Positions 40,713-50,654 are shown, counted from the first letter of the stretch. The stretch is DNA of 64,000 bases from an uncultured Chloroflexia bacterium (GCA_963697585.1 CAVOOO010000009.1:151295-215294), one strand, 5' to 3'. The notes: generated from the letters alone by a model not told the origin. Numbers and translations: made by a program.

Positions 40713-42223
40713 ACATGCTGGCGGCGCTGCCGCTGGCCTCCGCCACCCCTGGATGGCACGACCTGCTCGGGCTGCTTCCCGAGGTGATCGTCGCGGGCGG
40801 CTTCGTGGCCCTGATGCTGCTCGACCTGGTGGTGCCGCCGGCCCGCCGGACCTGGCTCGCCGTCTTCAGCGGCGCGGTGCTGGTGGCCGCCCTGGCGGTG
40901 AGCGCCTGGGGGTGGTACGACGCCGGGCCCACCGGGCGCACCGTCTTCTTCGGCGCCTTCGCCTACGACCGGCTGGCGGTGTTCGCCAACTGCGTGATCC
41001 TGGTGACGTCGCTGCTCACCGTCGTGATCAGCCCCGGGTACCTCACCCGGCGCCGCCTCCACAACGGCGAGTACTACGCGCTGGTGATGGCGGCGACCGC
41101 CGGGATGATGCTGCTCGCCGGCGCCACCAGCCTGATGGTCATCTTCCTCGCCATCGAGCTGCTCTCCATCTCGCTCTACATCCTGAGCGGATTCTCCCGC
41201 CAGGAGGAGCGCTCCCAGGAGGCTGCGGTCAAGTACCTGCTGCTCGGCTCCTTCGCCTCCGCATTCCTCCTCTTCGGGATGGCCCTGGTGTACGGCGAGA
41301 CCGGGCACACCCAGCTCACCCAGATCGCCGCCGCCCTGGGCCGCTCGGTGCCGGTCGATCCGCTGCTGGTGGGCGGGATCATCCTGGTGTTCATCGGGCT
41401 CGCCTTCAAGGTGAGCGCCGCGCCCTTCCACGCCTGGACCCCCGACGTCTACCAGGGCGCGCCGACCTCGGTGACCACCTTCATGAGCGTGGCCACCAAG
41501 GTGGCCGCCTTCGTGGTCATGATCCGGCTCTTCGACGACACCTTCGCCGCCTACGTCAGCCACTGGAGCGCGGTGGTGATCGCGGTCGCCATCCTCTCCA
41601 TGGTGGTCGGCAACCTCGCCGCCCTCACCCAGAACAGCGTCAAGCGGATGCTCGCCTACTCCGGGATCGCCCAGGCCGGCTACATCCTCATCGGGGTCGC
41701 GGTGGGGGTGGGCACCCCGCTCGGGGTCCAGGGCGCCCTCTACTACCTCGCCGCCTACGCGCTCACCAACCTCGGCGCCTTCGCGGTGGTCACGGTGATG
41801 AGCGGCAAGGGGGAGGACCTGGACCGGTACGACAACCTGCGCGGGCTCTGGCACCGGCGGCCGTACGTGGCGGCGGCGATGGCCTTCTTCCTGCTCTCGC
41901 TGGCCGGGTTCCCGCCCACCGCCGGCTTCATCGGCAAGTTCCTGGTGTTCGCGGCGGCCATCCAGGGCCACAACGTCGCGCTGGCGCTCTGGGGGATCGC
42001 CACCAGCGCGGTCTCGGTCTTCTACTACCTGCGGGTGACCCTGATCATGTTCCAGCGACCTGCCGACGACCAGCCCGCGTACGACTGGCCGCGCACCGGA
42101 CGGGCCGGGAGCGCGGTGCTGGTCGTGAGCGCCGCCGGCACCCTGGTGCTGGGCGTCTTCGTGGTGCTGGTGCTCACGGTGGCGACCATGGCCCAGACGG
42201 GGACCCTGCCCGGAGCGACCTGA
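40709..42223 (+). CDS. nuoN: NADH-quinone oxidoreductase subunit N
   Basis: GTGA overlap with nuoM (the ATG at 40715 is an alternative). FLAIELLSISLYILSGF, FKVSAAPFHAWTPDVYQGAPT. Confidence 0.9.
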   Translation: MNMLAALPLASATPGWHDLLGLLPEVIVAGGFVALMLLDLVVPPARRTWLAVFSGAVLVAALAVSAWGWYDAGPTGRTVFFGAFAYDRLAVFANCVILVTSLLTVVISPGYLTRRRLHNGEYYALVMAATAGMMLLAGATSLMVIFLAIELLSISLYILSGFSRQEERSQEAAVKYLLLGSFASAFLLFGMALVYGETGHTQLTQIAAALGRSVPVDPLLVGGIILVFIGLAFKVSAAPFHAWTPDVYQGAPTSVTTFMSVATKVAAFVVMIRLFDDTFAAYVSHWSAVVIAVAILSMVVGNLAALTQNSVKRMLAYSGIAQAGYILIGVAVGVGTPLGVQGALYYLAAYALTNLGAFAVVTVMSGKGEDLDRYDNLRGLWHRRPYVAAAMAFFLLSLAGFPPTAGFIGKFLVFAAAIQGHNVALALWGIATSAVSVFYYLRVTLIMFQRPADDQPAYDWPRTGRAGSAVLVVSAAGTLVLGVFVVLVLTVATMAQTGTLPGAT

Positions 42224-42315
42224 GCGCCGACGGTCGGGGGGTCGGACGGCCAGGCCGCCGGCGCAACGACGCAGGCCGGCCGGCCGATCGAAGGGCGACG
42301 CCGGAGCGGTGAAGC

Positions 42316-44388
42316 TCAGGTCGTCGAGGCTGCCCCCTCGCCGGCCATCGCCCCCTCCTGCCCGCCACGCCCGGCTACGGCGGGGCCCGCGGTTGGATGG
42401 CCCGCGGCGCCGTCACCCGCGGCGGGATGGCCCGCGACGGCATGGCCCGTGGCGGCGACCTCGCGCGTGCTCCCCACCGGCGAGGGCCCGGTCTCGCGGT
42501 CCCGGCCGGCCCGCGACTCGGCCGGCGCGGCCCGGAGCAGCTCGACCCAGAAGGTGCTCCCCTTGCCCAGCACGCTCTCGACGCCGATGCGGCCGCCCAT
42601 CGCCTCCACCAGCGACTTGGAGAGGGCGAGACCCAGGCCCGTGCCCTCGATCTCCGAGGCGGCGGCCGAGAGGCGCTCGAAGGGCGCGAAGAGTCGCTCC
42701 ATCTCCTCGGGCCGCAGCCCGACCCCACCGTCCTGGACCCAGACCCGGCAGCGCTCGTCCGCGGTGGTGGCGCGGATCTCGACCCAACCCCCCCGGCGGT
42801 TGTACTTGATGGCGTTGGTCACCAGGTTGAGCAGCACCTGGGTGAGCCGCTGGCGGTCGGCGGTGACCCGCAGCGATGCCGGGATCCGCGGCACTCGCAC
42901 CCTGGTGTTGAGCTCCCCGGCCATCGGCCGGGTGAGGTCGACGACCTCGGCCACCACCTGCAGGAGGTCCACCGGCTCCGCCCTGAGCGGGATCCGGCCA
43001 TCCTCGATCCGCGAGATGTCGAGCATCTCGTTGACCAGCCCGAGGAGGTGGTCGCCCGCCCTCAGGATGGTGCGGACGTGGCGCTCCTGCACGGCGTCGA
43101 GCTGGTGGCCGAGGAGCAGCTCGGCGAAGCCGATCATCGAGGTGAGCGGGGTGCGCAGCTCGTGGCTGATCCGGGAGAGGAACTCGCTCTTGGCGCGGCT
43201 CGCCGCCTCCGCCATATCCCGGGCGGCGCGCAGCTCGTCGGCGGTCTGGGCCAGAAGCTCCGAGACCCGCACCCGGTCGAGGGCGATCGAGAGGGCGGCG
43301 GCGTACCCGGTGAGCCAGCCCGCGTCCTCGGCGTCGATGGTCGGCGAGAGCGAGCCGGAGAGGACGACCAGGTGCCCGGTGCCGGAGCTCACCGCCAGCC
43401 GGTGGACGACGGCGGTCCGCCCCCCCTGGATCCGGATCACCTGGTCGGGGAGGCGCAGCTCCGGCAGCTCGAGGATCTCGCGCGCCTCGGGCTCGGAGAG
43501 GCCGTGGGTGGCCAGCAGCTCACCACCCGCATCCGCGATCAGGCCCGAGGCTCCCCCCACCAGCCGGATCGCCCAGTCCAGGCCGCGGCTGGCCAGGGTC
43601 GCCCGGTCGGGGCTGAACAGCAGGAGGTCGTGGGTGGCGCGCCTCAACTGGTCCTGGACCGGGCGGCGCCAGCGGGCGCGCAGCCATCGGGGCGGGGCGA
43701 AGCCGGCGTACAGGGGAGGGACGCAGAGCAGCGCGCAGACCTGGAGGGCGACCCCCACCCGGTTGTCGTCGCCGGCCGCGAAGGCGACCAGGATGAGGAC
43801 GACCACCACCATGATCCCGGCGTACCCGGCGGCCAGCGAGCGCATCCGGGCCCTCTGGACCAGCGGGAGGCTCCCCGAGTGGCGGAAGAGCCGGTACGCC
43901 GGCTCGGCGACCGCCAGGCACCAGACCGCGAGCAGCACGTCGAGGGCCGCGCTCCGGATCGGCGAGGTGGCGGCCGGGTTGGCCGAGGCGGGGACGCCGA
44001 CCACCAGGATGAACGCGGTCGGGCCCGCCAGCAGGACCGTGGCCAGGATCCTCACCGACGTCGGCAGCCGAAGCACCGAGTCCCGGTACAGCAGCAGCCC
44101 CGCCGCGGAGAGCATGAAGAGCACCAGCAGCACCCCGGCGAGATCCGGCAGGTTGCCGACCAGCGACTCGAGGCCCCCGGCCATGGCCACCAGCCCCAGG
44201 GAGCCGAGGGCCAGGGCGAGGTAGCCGCGGCGGCGCTCGCCTCCCCGCAGCCAGTCGCGAAGGGCGAGCAGCCCGATCAGCAGGAACGCCGCCGCGACCA
44301 CCAGCTGGAGCGCCTGGTTGAGGCGGTCATCGCTCATGCCGGGTTCCTCGGGAGGCCGCCCCGGCCGGCCCAGGGCGAACGTGCTCAT
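42316..44388 (-). CDS. sensor histidine kinase with large polytopic N-terminal domain; no adjacent response regulator
   Basis: HisKA SRISHELRTPLTSMIGFAELL. HATPase NLVTNAIKYN...GTGLGLALSKSLVE. About 7 TM N-terminal. Repetitive AGHP/AAG tail. The ATG at 44337 is a possible start. Confidence 0.85.
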   Translation of the reverse strand: MSTFALGRPGRPPEEPGMSDDRLNQALQLVVAAAFLLIGLLALRDWLRGGERRRGYLALALGSLGLVAMAGGLESLVGNLPDLAGVLLVLFMLSAAGLLLYRDSVLRLPTSVRILATVLLAGPTAFILVVGVPASANPAATSPIRSAALDVLLAVWCLAVAEPAYRLFRHSGSLPLVQRARMRSLAAGYAGIMVVVVLILVAFAAGDDNRVGVALQVCALLCVPPLYAGFAPPRWLRARWRRPVQDQLRRATHDLLLFSPDRATLASRGLDWAIRLVGGASGLIADAGGELLATHGLSEPEAREILELPELRLPDQVIRIQGGRTAVVHRLAVSSGTGHLVVLSGSLSPTIDAEDAGWLTGYAAALSIALDRVRVSELLAQTADELRAARDMAEAASRAKSEFLSRISHELRTPLTSMIGFAELLLGHQLDAVQERHVRTILRAGDHLLGLVNEMLDISRIEDGRIPLRAEPVDLLQVVAEVVDLTRPMAGELNTRVRVPRIPASLRVTADRQRLTQVLLNLVTNAIKYNRRGGWVEIRATTADERCRVWVQDGGVGLRPEEMERLFAPFERLSAAASEIEGTGLGLALSKSLVEAMGGRIGVESVLGKGSTFWVELLRAAPAESRAGRDRETGPSPVGSTREVAATGHAVAGHPAAGDGAAGHPTAGPAVAGRGGQEGAMAGEGAASTT

Positions 44389-44431
44389 GGGCGATCGTCC
44401 CGAGGGCGATCGGGTGTGGGCTCACAGCCGC

Positions 44432-45280
44432 TTATTTTTCCAACTCCTGGCCTCCGGACGCCAGTGGCCTGCGTTCCGGGTCGGTGATCCGGGTGCCCGC
44501 CCCCTCGAGGGCGCGGCGGAGCGGCCCCTCGCCGCGGCCGTCGCCGAGAACGACCTCGGCCACGCCTCCCTCCAGCGCCCTCCGGGCGGCCAGCAGCTTG
44601 ACCCTGGCCCGACCCCGGGCCAGCGGGAGGTGGACCTCGATCTGCCCCCGGTCGAGACGCGGGACCAGCGACGAGGGGTCGGCGGGGTCGCGGAGCAGCC
44701 CCGGGACGTTCATCAGGATCAGGAGGCGCTCCGCGCCGGTGGCGATGGCCACCTCGGCCGCCAGCCGGTCGCCGTCGACGTTGATCGCCTCGCCCCGGTC
44801 GGAGATGGCGGGCGGGGTCAGCACCGGGAGCCGTCCGGTGTCGAGCAGGAGCCGGAGCAGCGAGGGGTCGAGGCGCTCGATGCTGCCCGCGTGGTTGTCG
44901 TGGAGCATCCGGGGGCGGCCGCCCTCGACGATGCGCAGATCGGGGCGGCGCCGGCCGGTGGCGATCCCGCCGTCCATCGCCGAGAGCCCCACCGCGTCGG
45001 CGCCCCGGCGGCGCAGCGCCTCCACCAGCCGCTTGTTGACCAGGCCGCAGTACGCCATCAGGAAGTGGTCCATGGTCCGGCGGTCGGTGTACCGGGTCAC
45101 CTCGCCCCGGGCCGAGGTGACCATCCGCGGCGGATGGCCCAGCTCGACGGCCAGCCGATCGAGCTGGAGGTGGGCGCCGTGGACGATCACCAGGGGGGCG
45201 TCGAAGCCGGCCAGCTCGGCGATCAGCGGCCCCGAATCCTCGACCTCCAGGCTCCCGCCGATCTTGACGACCGTGGTCAC
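44432..45280 (-). CDS. lysZ: [LysW]-aminoadipate kinase (amino-acid kinase family, ArgB/LysZ)
   Basis: TTVVKIGGS...VIVHGA...INVDGDRLAAEVA. Sits in a LysW cluster. Confidence 0.8.
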   Translation of the reverse strand: MTTVVKIGGSLEVEDSGPLIAELAGFDAPLVIVHGAHLQLDRLAVELGHPPRMVTSARGEVTRYTDRRTMDHFLMAYCGLVNKRLVEALRRRGADAVGLSAMDGGIATGRRRPDLRIVEGGRPRMLHDNHAGSIERLDPSLLRLLLDTGRLPVLTPPAISDRGEAINVDGDRLAAEVAIATGAERLLILMNVPGLLRDPADPSSLVPRLDRGQIEVHLPLARGRARVKLLAARRALEGGVAEVVLGDGRGEGPLRRALEGAGTRITDPERRPLASGGQELEK

Positions 45281-45282
45281 GG

Positions 45283-45355
45283 CGGCCCACCGGCAGGCTC
45301 GCGGCCACCGGCCGGGTCGCGGCCACCGGCGGGGTCGTCGCCACGGGCGCGCGGC
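45283..45355. repeat. GC-rich 18-bp tandem repeat (CGGCCACCGGCSGGGTCG x2 plus degenerate flanks) in the lysY-lysZ spacer
   Basis: cggccaccggccgggtcg / cggccaccggcggggtcg at 45302-45337, read directly. Confidence 0.5.
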
Positions 45356-45401
45356 GTCCCCTCTGCCGGCGAGCTCCGGCCGTCGTCCCCGGGCGAGGCG
45401 C

Positions 45402-46445
45402 TCACAGCGGGTAGAGGCCGGTCTGCTCCAGCCCCGCGGTCTCGGGGAGGCCGGACCGGATGTTGGCGGCCTGGATCGCCTGGCCGGCAGCGCCCTTGAC
45501 CAGGTTGTCGATGGCCGCGGTCACCACCAGGCGGCGCGAGTGCGGGTCGCGGCTGAAGCCCAGGTCGCAGAAGTTGGTCCCGGTGACCAGGCGCGGATCG
45601 GGGTGCCGGTGGAGGCCGTGGGCCTGCTTGACCACCCGCAGGAAGGGCTCCCCGGCGGTCGCCGGTCGCAGCAGCCGCCAGATCTCGCGCTCCTCGAGCG
45701 GGTCGTCGAGCCAGAGGTGAGCGGTGACCAGCACGCCCCGGACCGCCTCCACTGAGGTGACGCTGAGGGCCACCTCGCCGACCGCCCCCAGGGCCCGCAG
45801 CTCCTGGAGAACCTCGGCGGTGTGCCGGTGCCCGGTGGGGGCGAAGCTGTGCATGGCGCCGCTGCGGTGGGGGTGGTGGGAGGTCGGGGTGGGCTCCGAC
45901 CCCGCTGCCGAGGAGCCGATCAGGGCATCGACCACGATCGGCATGTCCGCGTCGACCAGGCCGGCCCGGATGAACGGCGCCAGCGCCAGGATGGCGGCCG
46001 TGGCCACGCAGCCGCCGATGGCGAGGCGGTCGCCGCCGCCGATCTCGGCGCGGTGGAGCTCGGCCAGCCCGGGGGTGAAGCTGGGCAGCAGCTCCGGGCG
46101 GGGGTGCTCCCACCCGTACCAGCGGGGGTAGTCGGCGGGGTCGTGGAGCCGGAAGTCCGCCGAGAGGTCGACCACCACCGGTGCCAGGGCCAGGGTGGCG
46201 TCGATCCCGGGCGCGGTCTCCCCGTGGCGGAGCGCGGAGAAGACCAGGTCGGCCGGCTCCAGCTCCTCGCGCCCACAGAAGCGCAGCTCGGTGCGATCGC
46301 GGAGCTGAGGGTGGACGGTGGTGACCGGCCTTCCCCGCAGCCGCTCCGACGACACCTGGGTGACCTCGAAGCCGGGATGGCCGGAGAGCAGGCGGAGCAG
46401 CTCGCCCCCCGCGTACCCGGAGCCGCCCTGGACGATCGCCCTCAC
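45402..46445 (-). CDS. lysY: [LysW]-aminoadipate semialdehyde dehydrogenase (ArgC/LysY family)
   Basis: GTG at 46445 overlaps the lysK stop (GTGA). VRAIVQGGSGYAGGELLRLL, active-site region GGCVATAAILALAP. The ORF track over-extends this to 47417. Confidence 0.8.
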   Translation of the reverse strand: MRAIVQGGSGYAGGELLRLLSGHPGFEVTQVSSERLRGRPVTTVHPQLRDRTELRFCGREELEPADLVFSALRHGETAPGIDATLALAPVVVDLSADFRLHDPADYPRWYGWEHPRPELLPSFTPGLAELHRAEIGGGDRLAIGGCVATAAILALAPFIRAGLVDADMPIVVDALIGSSAAGSEPTPTSHHPHRSGAMHSFAPTGHRHTAEVLQELRALGAVGEVALSVTSVEAVRGVLVTAHLWLDDPLEEREIWRLLRPATAGEPFLRVVKQAHGLHRHPDPRLVTGTNFCDLGFSRDPHSRRLVVTAAIDNLVKGAAGQAIQAANIRSGLPETAGLEQTGLYPL

Positions 46446-47512
46446 CGGCTGAGCTCCCCGAGGGCGGCGTCGAGGACGTCGACGGCACGCTCCAGCTCCT
46501 CGACGTCGACCGCCTCCTCGGGGGTGTGATCGAGATGCGAGTCGCCGGGGCCGTACGCGACGGCGGGGCACCCCCAGCGGGGGACCAGCAGGTTCATGTC
46601 GGCGGTCCCCGTCTTCACCTTCTGGTGGGGGGTCCCACCCCGGTGGCGGATGGCGCGGGCCAGCGCCCGGGCCGCCCGGCTGTCGCGGGGGGTGTGGACC
46701 GCGTCGACGGCGAATTGGACCAGCAGCTCGGCCTCGCCCCGCTCCCGGTCCAGCCAGTCGAGCAGCGCCGCCGAGCCGAGGGCCGGGGGGAGCCGGAACT
46801 GGAGCCGCGCCACCGCCGTCTCGCGCAGCCCGGTGCCGGCGACCTCCAGCCCGGTGACCCGCAGGTCGGCGCGGTGGAACGAGCTGCGTCCCGCGCCCCG
46901 CTCGTCGAGGTCGCGCTGGAGCCGGGCCAGCAGCGCCACCAGCCGGTCGGCCACCGTCGCGGCCGGCGCGGCCCGATGCCGGAGGGCATCCTCCAGGCGC
47001 AGCTCGGCCCGGACGATCCCCCGGTACCCGACGGTCACCGCCTCCCAGCCGCTCGGCTCGAGCACGATCAGGACGTCGGGAGCGGGGCGGGTCGCGACCT
47101 GGCGGGCCCCGCGGGAGTCGCCCTCCTCGTCCACGCAGCCGATCACCGTGAACCGCGTCCCCGGGTCCAGTGGCCGGCGCGCCACCGCGGTGATCGCCGC
47201 GGCCAGCGGGCCCTTGGCGTCGACCGCGCCGCGGCCGTGGATCCGGCCCGCCTCGAGGCGGGGCGGGATGGTCCCGGGCACGGTGTCCAGGTGGCCGAGC
47301 AGCATGACCTCGCGGGGACCGTCGCCCCGGGTCGCCACCACGCTGCCGGCGGGATCGATCTCGGCGGCGAAGCCGGCGCCCGCCAGCCGCTCGCGGAGCG
47401 CGGCCGCGAGCCGCCACTCGCTGCCCGTCGGGCTCGGGATGGCGAGCATCTCGAGCAGGAGGTCGGCGACCGCGAGGGGGGGCGCGGCCGTGATGGGGGC
47501 GGGGGCGGTCAT
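46442..47512 (-). CDS. lysK: [LysW]-lysine hydrolase (M20 peptidase, ArgE/LysK family)
   Basis: Start MTAPAPI at 47512. LLGHLDTVPG, GRGAVDAKGPLAA, CVDEEGDS metal-binding motifs. Confidence 0.75.
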   Translation of the reverse strand: MTAPAPITAAPPLAVADLLLEMLAIPSPTGSEWRLAAALRERLAGAGFAAEIDPAGSVVATRGDGPREVMLLGHLDTVPGTIPPRLEAGRIHGRGAVDAKGPLAAAITAVARRPLDPGTRFTVIGCVDEEGDSRGARQVATRPAPDVLIVLEPSGWEAVTVGYRGIVRAELRLEDALRHRAAPAATVADRLVALLARLQRDLDERGAGRSSFHRADLRVTGLEVAGTGLRETAVARLQFRLPPALGSAALLDWLDRERGEAELLVQFAVDAVHTPRDSRAARALARAIRHRGGTPHQKVKTGTADMNLLVPRWGCPAVAYGPGDSHLDHTPEEAVDVEELERAVDVLDAALGELSR

Positions 47513-47675
47513 GAGGTGCGGTCCGGGATGGCGCCGGCGGGGCGCCTCCTCTGCGGGGGGACCGGCGTCGAACCGCTGCGCTGTGCGCGCCTCGTGCTCG
47601 GCGGCATTGCGCTGCCGCCCGCGCAAGCCCCCACTTCGACCACGCGTCCCACCGGCGCTGCCTGGATGGGCGCGC

Positions 47676-48587
47676 TCATGAGACGGCGCCCACGGCCGTC
47701 CCGCGCGCCGCCAGCGCGAGCACGTGGTCGGCCATCCGGCCCGGGATGTCGACCCCGGTGGTGTCGATGCTGTTGCGGAACTCCATGGTGTGGTTGACCT
47801 CGGAGATCAGCAGCTCGCCGTCACCCCGCTCCAGCAGGTCGACCGCGACCATCCCGCCCCCGACCGCCTCGGCGGCCGCGCGCGAGAGCCGGTCGATCTC
47901 GCCGGTCACCGGGCAGTTGGAGGCCTCGCCGCCCCGCGCCGTGTTGGTGATCCAGTGTTCGGAGCGGCGGTAGATGGCGCAGATGGTCTCGCCGCCGACC
48001 ACGAAGCTGCGGATGTCGCGGCCCGGCTTGTCGACGTGCTCCTGCAGGTAGAGGACGGAGTCCGCGGCGCTGCCCAGGGCCCGCTTGTGCTCCAGCACCG
48101 CCTCGGCGGCGTCCCGGTCGTTGAGCCGCGAGACCATCCGGCCCCAGGAGCCGACCGCCGGCTTGATGACCACCGGGTAGCCCAGCTCCTCGACGGCGCG
48201 CAGCGCGGCCTCCGGGGTGAACGCCACCAGGGTGCGCGGGGAGGGGAGGGCGCGGCTCGCCAGGGCGGCGCTGGTCGCGACCTTGTCCCCGCAGGTCGCC
48301 ACCACCTGGGCGGTGTTGACGGTCAGGATGCCGCGTGCCTCCAGGATGCGGAGCGCCGCCAGCGCGCGGGTCAGGCTGAGGCTGCGGTCGAAGACCACGT
48401 CCCACCCCGGGGCCGCGGCCGCGCCGGTGTTGGAGGCGCCCGGGCCGGCCCGGCCGCGGATCTCGAGGATCACCTGGTCGTCGTCGATCCGCTCCGGCTC
48501 GGCGCCGCGGGCGCGCAGCGCCTGGAGGAGCAGCTTCTCCTCGACCCGGATGCGGGAGCAGAGGATGCCAATGCGGGGCGGCGTCAC
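47676..48587 (-). CDS. lysX: alpha-aminoadipate--LysW ligase (RimK/ATP-grasp family)
   Basis: GTG at 48587 overlaps the lysW stop. [41 protein letters not shown]. Confidence 0.8.
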   Translation of the reverse strand: MTPPRIGILCSRIRVEEKLLLQALRARGAEPERIDDDQVILEIRGRAGPGASNTGAAAAPGWDVVFDRSLSLTRALAALRILEARGILTVNTAQVVATCGDKVATSAALASRALPSPRTLVAFTPEAALRAVEELGYPVVIKPAVGSWGRMVSRLNDRDAAEAVLEHKRALGSAADSVLYLQEHVDKPGRDIRSFVVGGETICAIYRRSEHWITNTARGGEASNCPVTGEIDRLSRAAAEAVGGGMVAVDLLERGDGELLISEVNHTMEFRNSIDTTGVDIPGRMADHVLALAARGTAVGAVS

Positions 48588-48760
48588 TCGCCCCAGTCCT
48601 CCTCTTCGGGCGGGGCGACGTCGAGGCGGGCCGGGGCGAGACCCCGGATCTCCAGGTCCGCACCGCACTCGGGGCAGCTCAGGATCTCACCCACCTCGGC
48701 GTCGTCGCCGATCTCCACCTGGGCGTCGCATTCGGGGCAGGCGGCGGTCGCTGCGGCCAT
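48584..48760 (-). CDS. lysW: amino-group carrier protein LysW
   Basis: 58 aa: [38 protein letters not shown]...PPEEEDWGE*. It has a zinc ribbon CPEC...CPEC and the diagnostic acidic EDWGE C-terminus. Confidence 0.85.
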   Translation of the reverse strand: MAAATAACPECDAQVEIGDDAEVGEILSCPECGADLEIRGLAPARLDVAPPEEEDWGE

Positions 48761-48765
48761 CGTCA

Positions 48766-48906
48766 GGTCTCCTCCGGGCTGGGCGCCGGGGATGCCGGCG
48801 CCGGGCTGATCACGGTCGGGATCTCCTCTGGACTGGGCACCCGGTGTGCCGGCGCCGGGGCCGGCGGGTTGCGGGTCTCCTCGGTGCCGGGCACCGGGGA
48901 TGGGGG
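48766..48906. repeat. three imperfect tandem copies (~52-55-bp period) of the lysW ribosome-binding region
   Basis: Units at 48766-48805, 48818-48860 and 48873-48906. On the coding strand each carries GAGGAGAYC plus a GC-rich palindrome (e.g. CGGTGCCGGGCACCG). Only the copy next to lysW is followed by an ATG. Confidence 0.65.
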
Positions 48907-48924
48907 AGGGGCGGTGGACACGGC

Positions 48925-49422
48925 TCAGACCACCTCCTCGATGGCGGCCCAGCCGTGGTCGCGGATCAGCTCGACCAGTGAGCCCGCCTCGCTGATGCGG
49001 CGCGCCACCGCCGACGGCGGCTCGCCCTGGAAGGTGCGTCCGCCGGCGACGACGGTCCCGCTCGCGACGTCGACCTCCACCTGCTCGCCGTCCCGCACCG
49101 CGTCGTACAGGTCGGCGCAGCGGATCACCGGCAGCCCGAGGTTGACCGCGTTGCGGTAGAAGATGCGCGCGAACGAGCGGGCCACCACGGCGCTGACCCC
49201 GCAGGCCTTGATCGAGAGCGGGGCGTGCTCGCGCGAGCTGCCGCAGCCGAAGTTGCTGCCGGCCACGATCACGTCGCCGGGGCGCACCGTCTCGTGGAAG
49301 TCGGGCCGGTTCTCGATGAAGCACGCCCGGGCGAGCGCCGCCGGGTCGGTGGTGAGGTTGTACCGGCCGGGCATGATGGCGTCGGTCGAGACGCCGTCGC
49401 CGAAACGGAAGACCCGGGCCAT
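48925..49422 (-). CDS. hacB: homoaconitase small subunit (LeuD/HacB family)
   Basis: 165 aa. MARVFRFGDGVSTDAIMPGRY...GSNFGCGSSREHA. ATGA overlap with hacA. Confidence 0.8.
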   Translation of the reverse strand: MARVFRFGDGVSTDAIMPGRYNLTTDPAALARACFIENRPDFHETVRPGDVIVAGSNFGCGSSREHAPLSIKACGVSAVVARSFARIFYRNAVNLGLPVIRCADLYDAVRDGEQVEVDVASGTVVAGGRTFQGEPPSAVARRISEAGSLVELIRDHGWAAIEEVV

Positions 49423-50654
49423 CAGCGCTCCTCCCGCGGGTCGGCGATCATCCCGGCCAGGGCGGAGGCGGCTGCCACCGCCGGGTTGGCCAGGTAGATC
49501 TCCGCATCGGGGCTCCCCATCCGCCCCGGGTAGTTGCGCATGCTGGTGGAGAGGGCCCGCTCCCCGGGTCCGAGGGTGCCGTGCTGGCGGCCCAGGCAGG
49601 GTCCGCAGCCGGCCGCCATCACCACCGCTCCGGCGCGCACGAAGGTGTCGATGTAGCCGCGCTCCAGGGCCTGCACGTAGGCGGTGCGGGTGCCCGGGAT
49701 GATGATGGTCCGCGTGGTCGGGCTGACCTGGCGGCCCTCGAGCATCCCGGCGACCACCGCCATGTCCTCGATCCGCCCGTTGGCGCAGCTGCCGATGAAG
49801 ACCTCGTCGAGCGGGGTGCCGGCCAGCTCGGAGAGCGGGCGCACGTTCTCGATCGCGGGCGGCGCCGAGACCTGTGGCTCGAGGTCGCCGACGTCGACGT
49901 GCAGGACCTCGGCGTATCCGGGGTCGTGCGGCCGCTGGGTGCCCTGGTCGGGGAGGCCGAGGTAGGCCCAGGTGGTGGCGTCGACCTCGCAGAGGCCGCA
50001 CTTGGCCCCGAAGTCGACCGAGAGGTTGGCGAGGGTGAGGCGCTCCGACATCCCCATGGCGCTGACCGCCGGGCCGCCCCACTCGACGGCCAGGTAGTTG
50101 GCGCCCTCGGCGCCGAGCCGCCGGATCACGGTGAGCGCGACGTCCTTGGCCTGGACCCCGGTGCGCAGCTCGCCGGTGACCTCGATGCGGAGGGTCTCCG
50201 GGATCCGGAACCAGGAGCGGCCGGTGGCCATGGTGACCCCGATGTCGGTGGATCCCATCCCGGTGGAGAAGCAGCCCAGGGCGCCGTACGTGGTGCTGTG
50301 CGAGTCGGCGCCCACCACCACCCCGCCGGGGCGGACGAAGCCGCGCTCCACCATCACCAGGTGGCAGATGCCCTCGGCGAAGAGGTTGCGGATGCCGTGC
50401 TCGGCGGCGAACTCCCGGATCCGGCGGTGCAGCTCGCTGGCGGCCACGCTGTTGGAGGGGAAGACGTGATCGAAGCTGAAGACGGTGCGGGCCGGGTCCC
50501 AGAGCGGCATTCCCAGGCTGCGGAAGGCGTCGATGGCGAGCGGCCCGGTGACGTCGTGGGCCATCACCGCGTCGACCCCGGCGACCACGGTGTCGCCGGC
50601 GCGCACCGGGCGACCCAGGCGGCGGGTGAAGATCTCTTCGACCAGTGTTCCCAT
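49422..50654 (-). CDS. hacA: homoaconitase large subunit (LeuC/HacA family)
   Basis: 410 aa. VMAHDVTGP, VVGADSHSTTYGALG, aconitase Fe-S cysteines (GSCANGR, CGPCLG). Confidence 0.8.
   Translation of the reverse strand: MGTLVEEIFTRRLGRPVRAGDTVVAGVDAVMAHDVTGPLAIDAFRSLGMPLWDPARTVFSFDHVFPSNSVAASELHRRIREFAAEHGIRNLFAEGICHLVMVERGFVRPGGVVVGADSHSTTYGALGCFSTGMGSTDIGVTMATGRSWFRIPETLRIEVTGELRTGVQAKDVALTVIRRLGAEGANYLAVEWGGPAVSAMGMSERLTLANLSVDFGAKCGLCEVDATTWAYLGLPDQGTQRPHDPGYAEVLHVDVGDLEPQVSAPPAIENVRPLSELAGTPLDEVFIGSCANGRIEDMAVVAGMLEGRQVSPTTRTIIIPGTRTAYVQALERGYIDTFVRAGAVVMAAGCGPCLGRQHGTLGPGERALSTSMRNYPGRMGSPDAEIYLANPAVAAASALAGMIADPREER

Noticed and set aside
38615-42223. 1202-aa ORF spanning nuoL end, nuoM and nuoN as a single protein
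   Set aside because: Only the segments 39110-39892 (nuoM 5' part) and 40709-42223 (nuoN) are genuine coding in this frame. The middle part is the out-of-frame read-through created by the nuoM frameshift.
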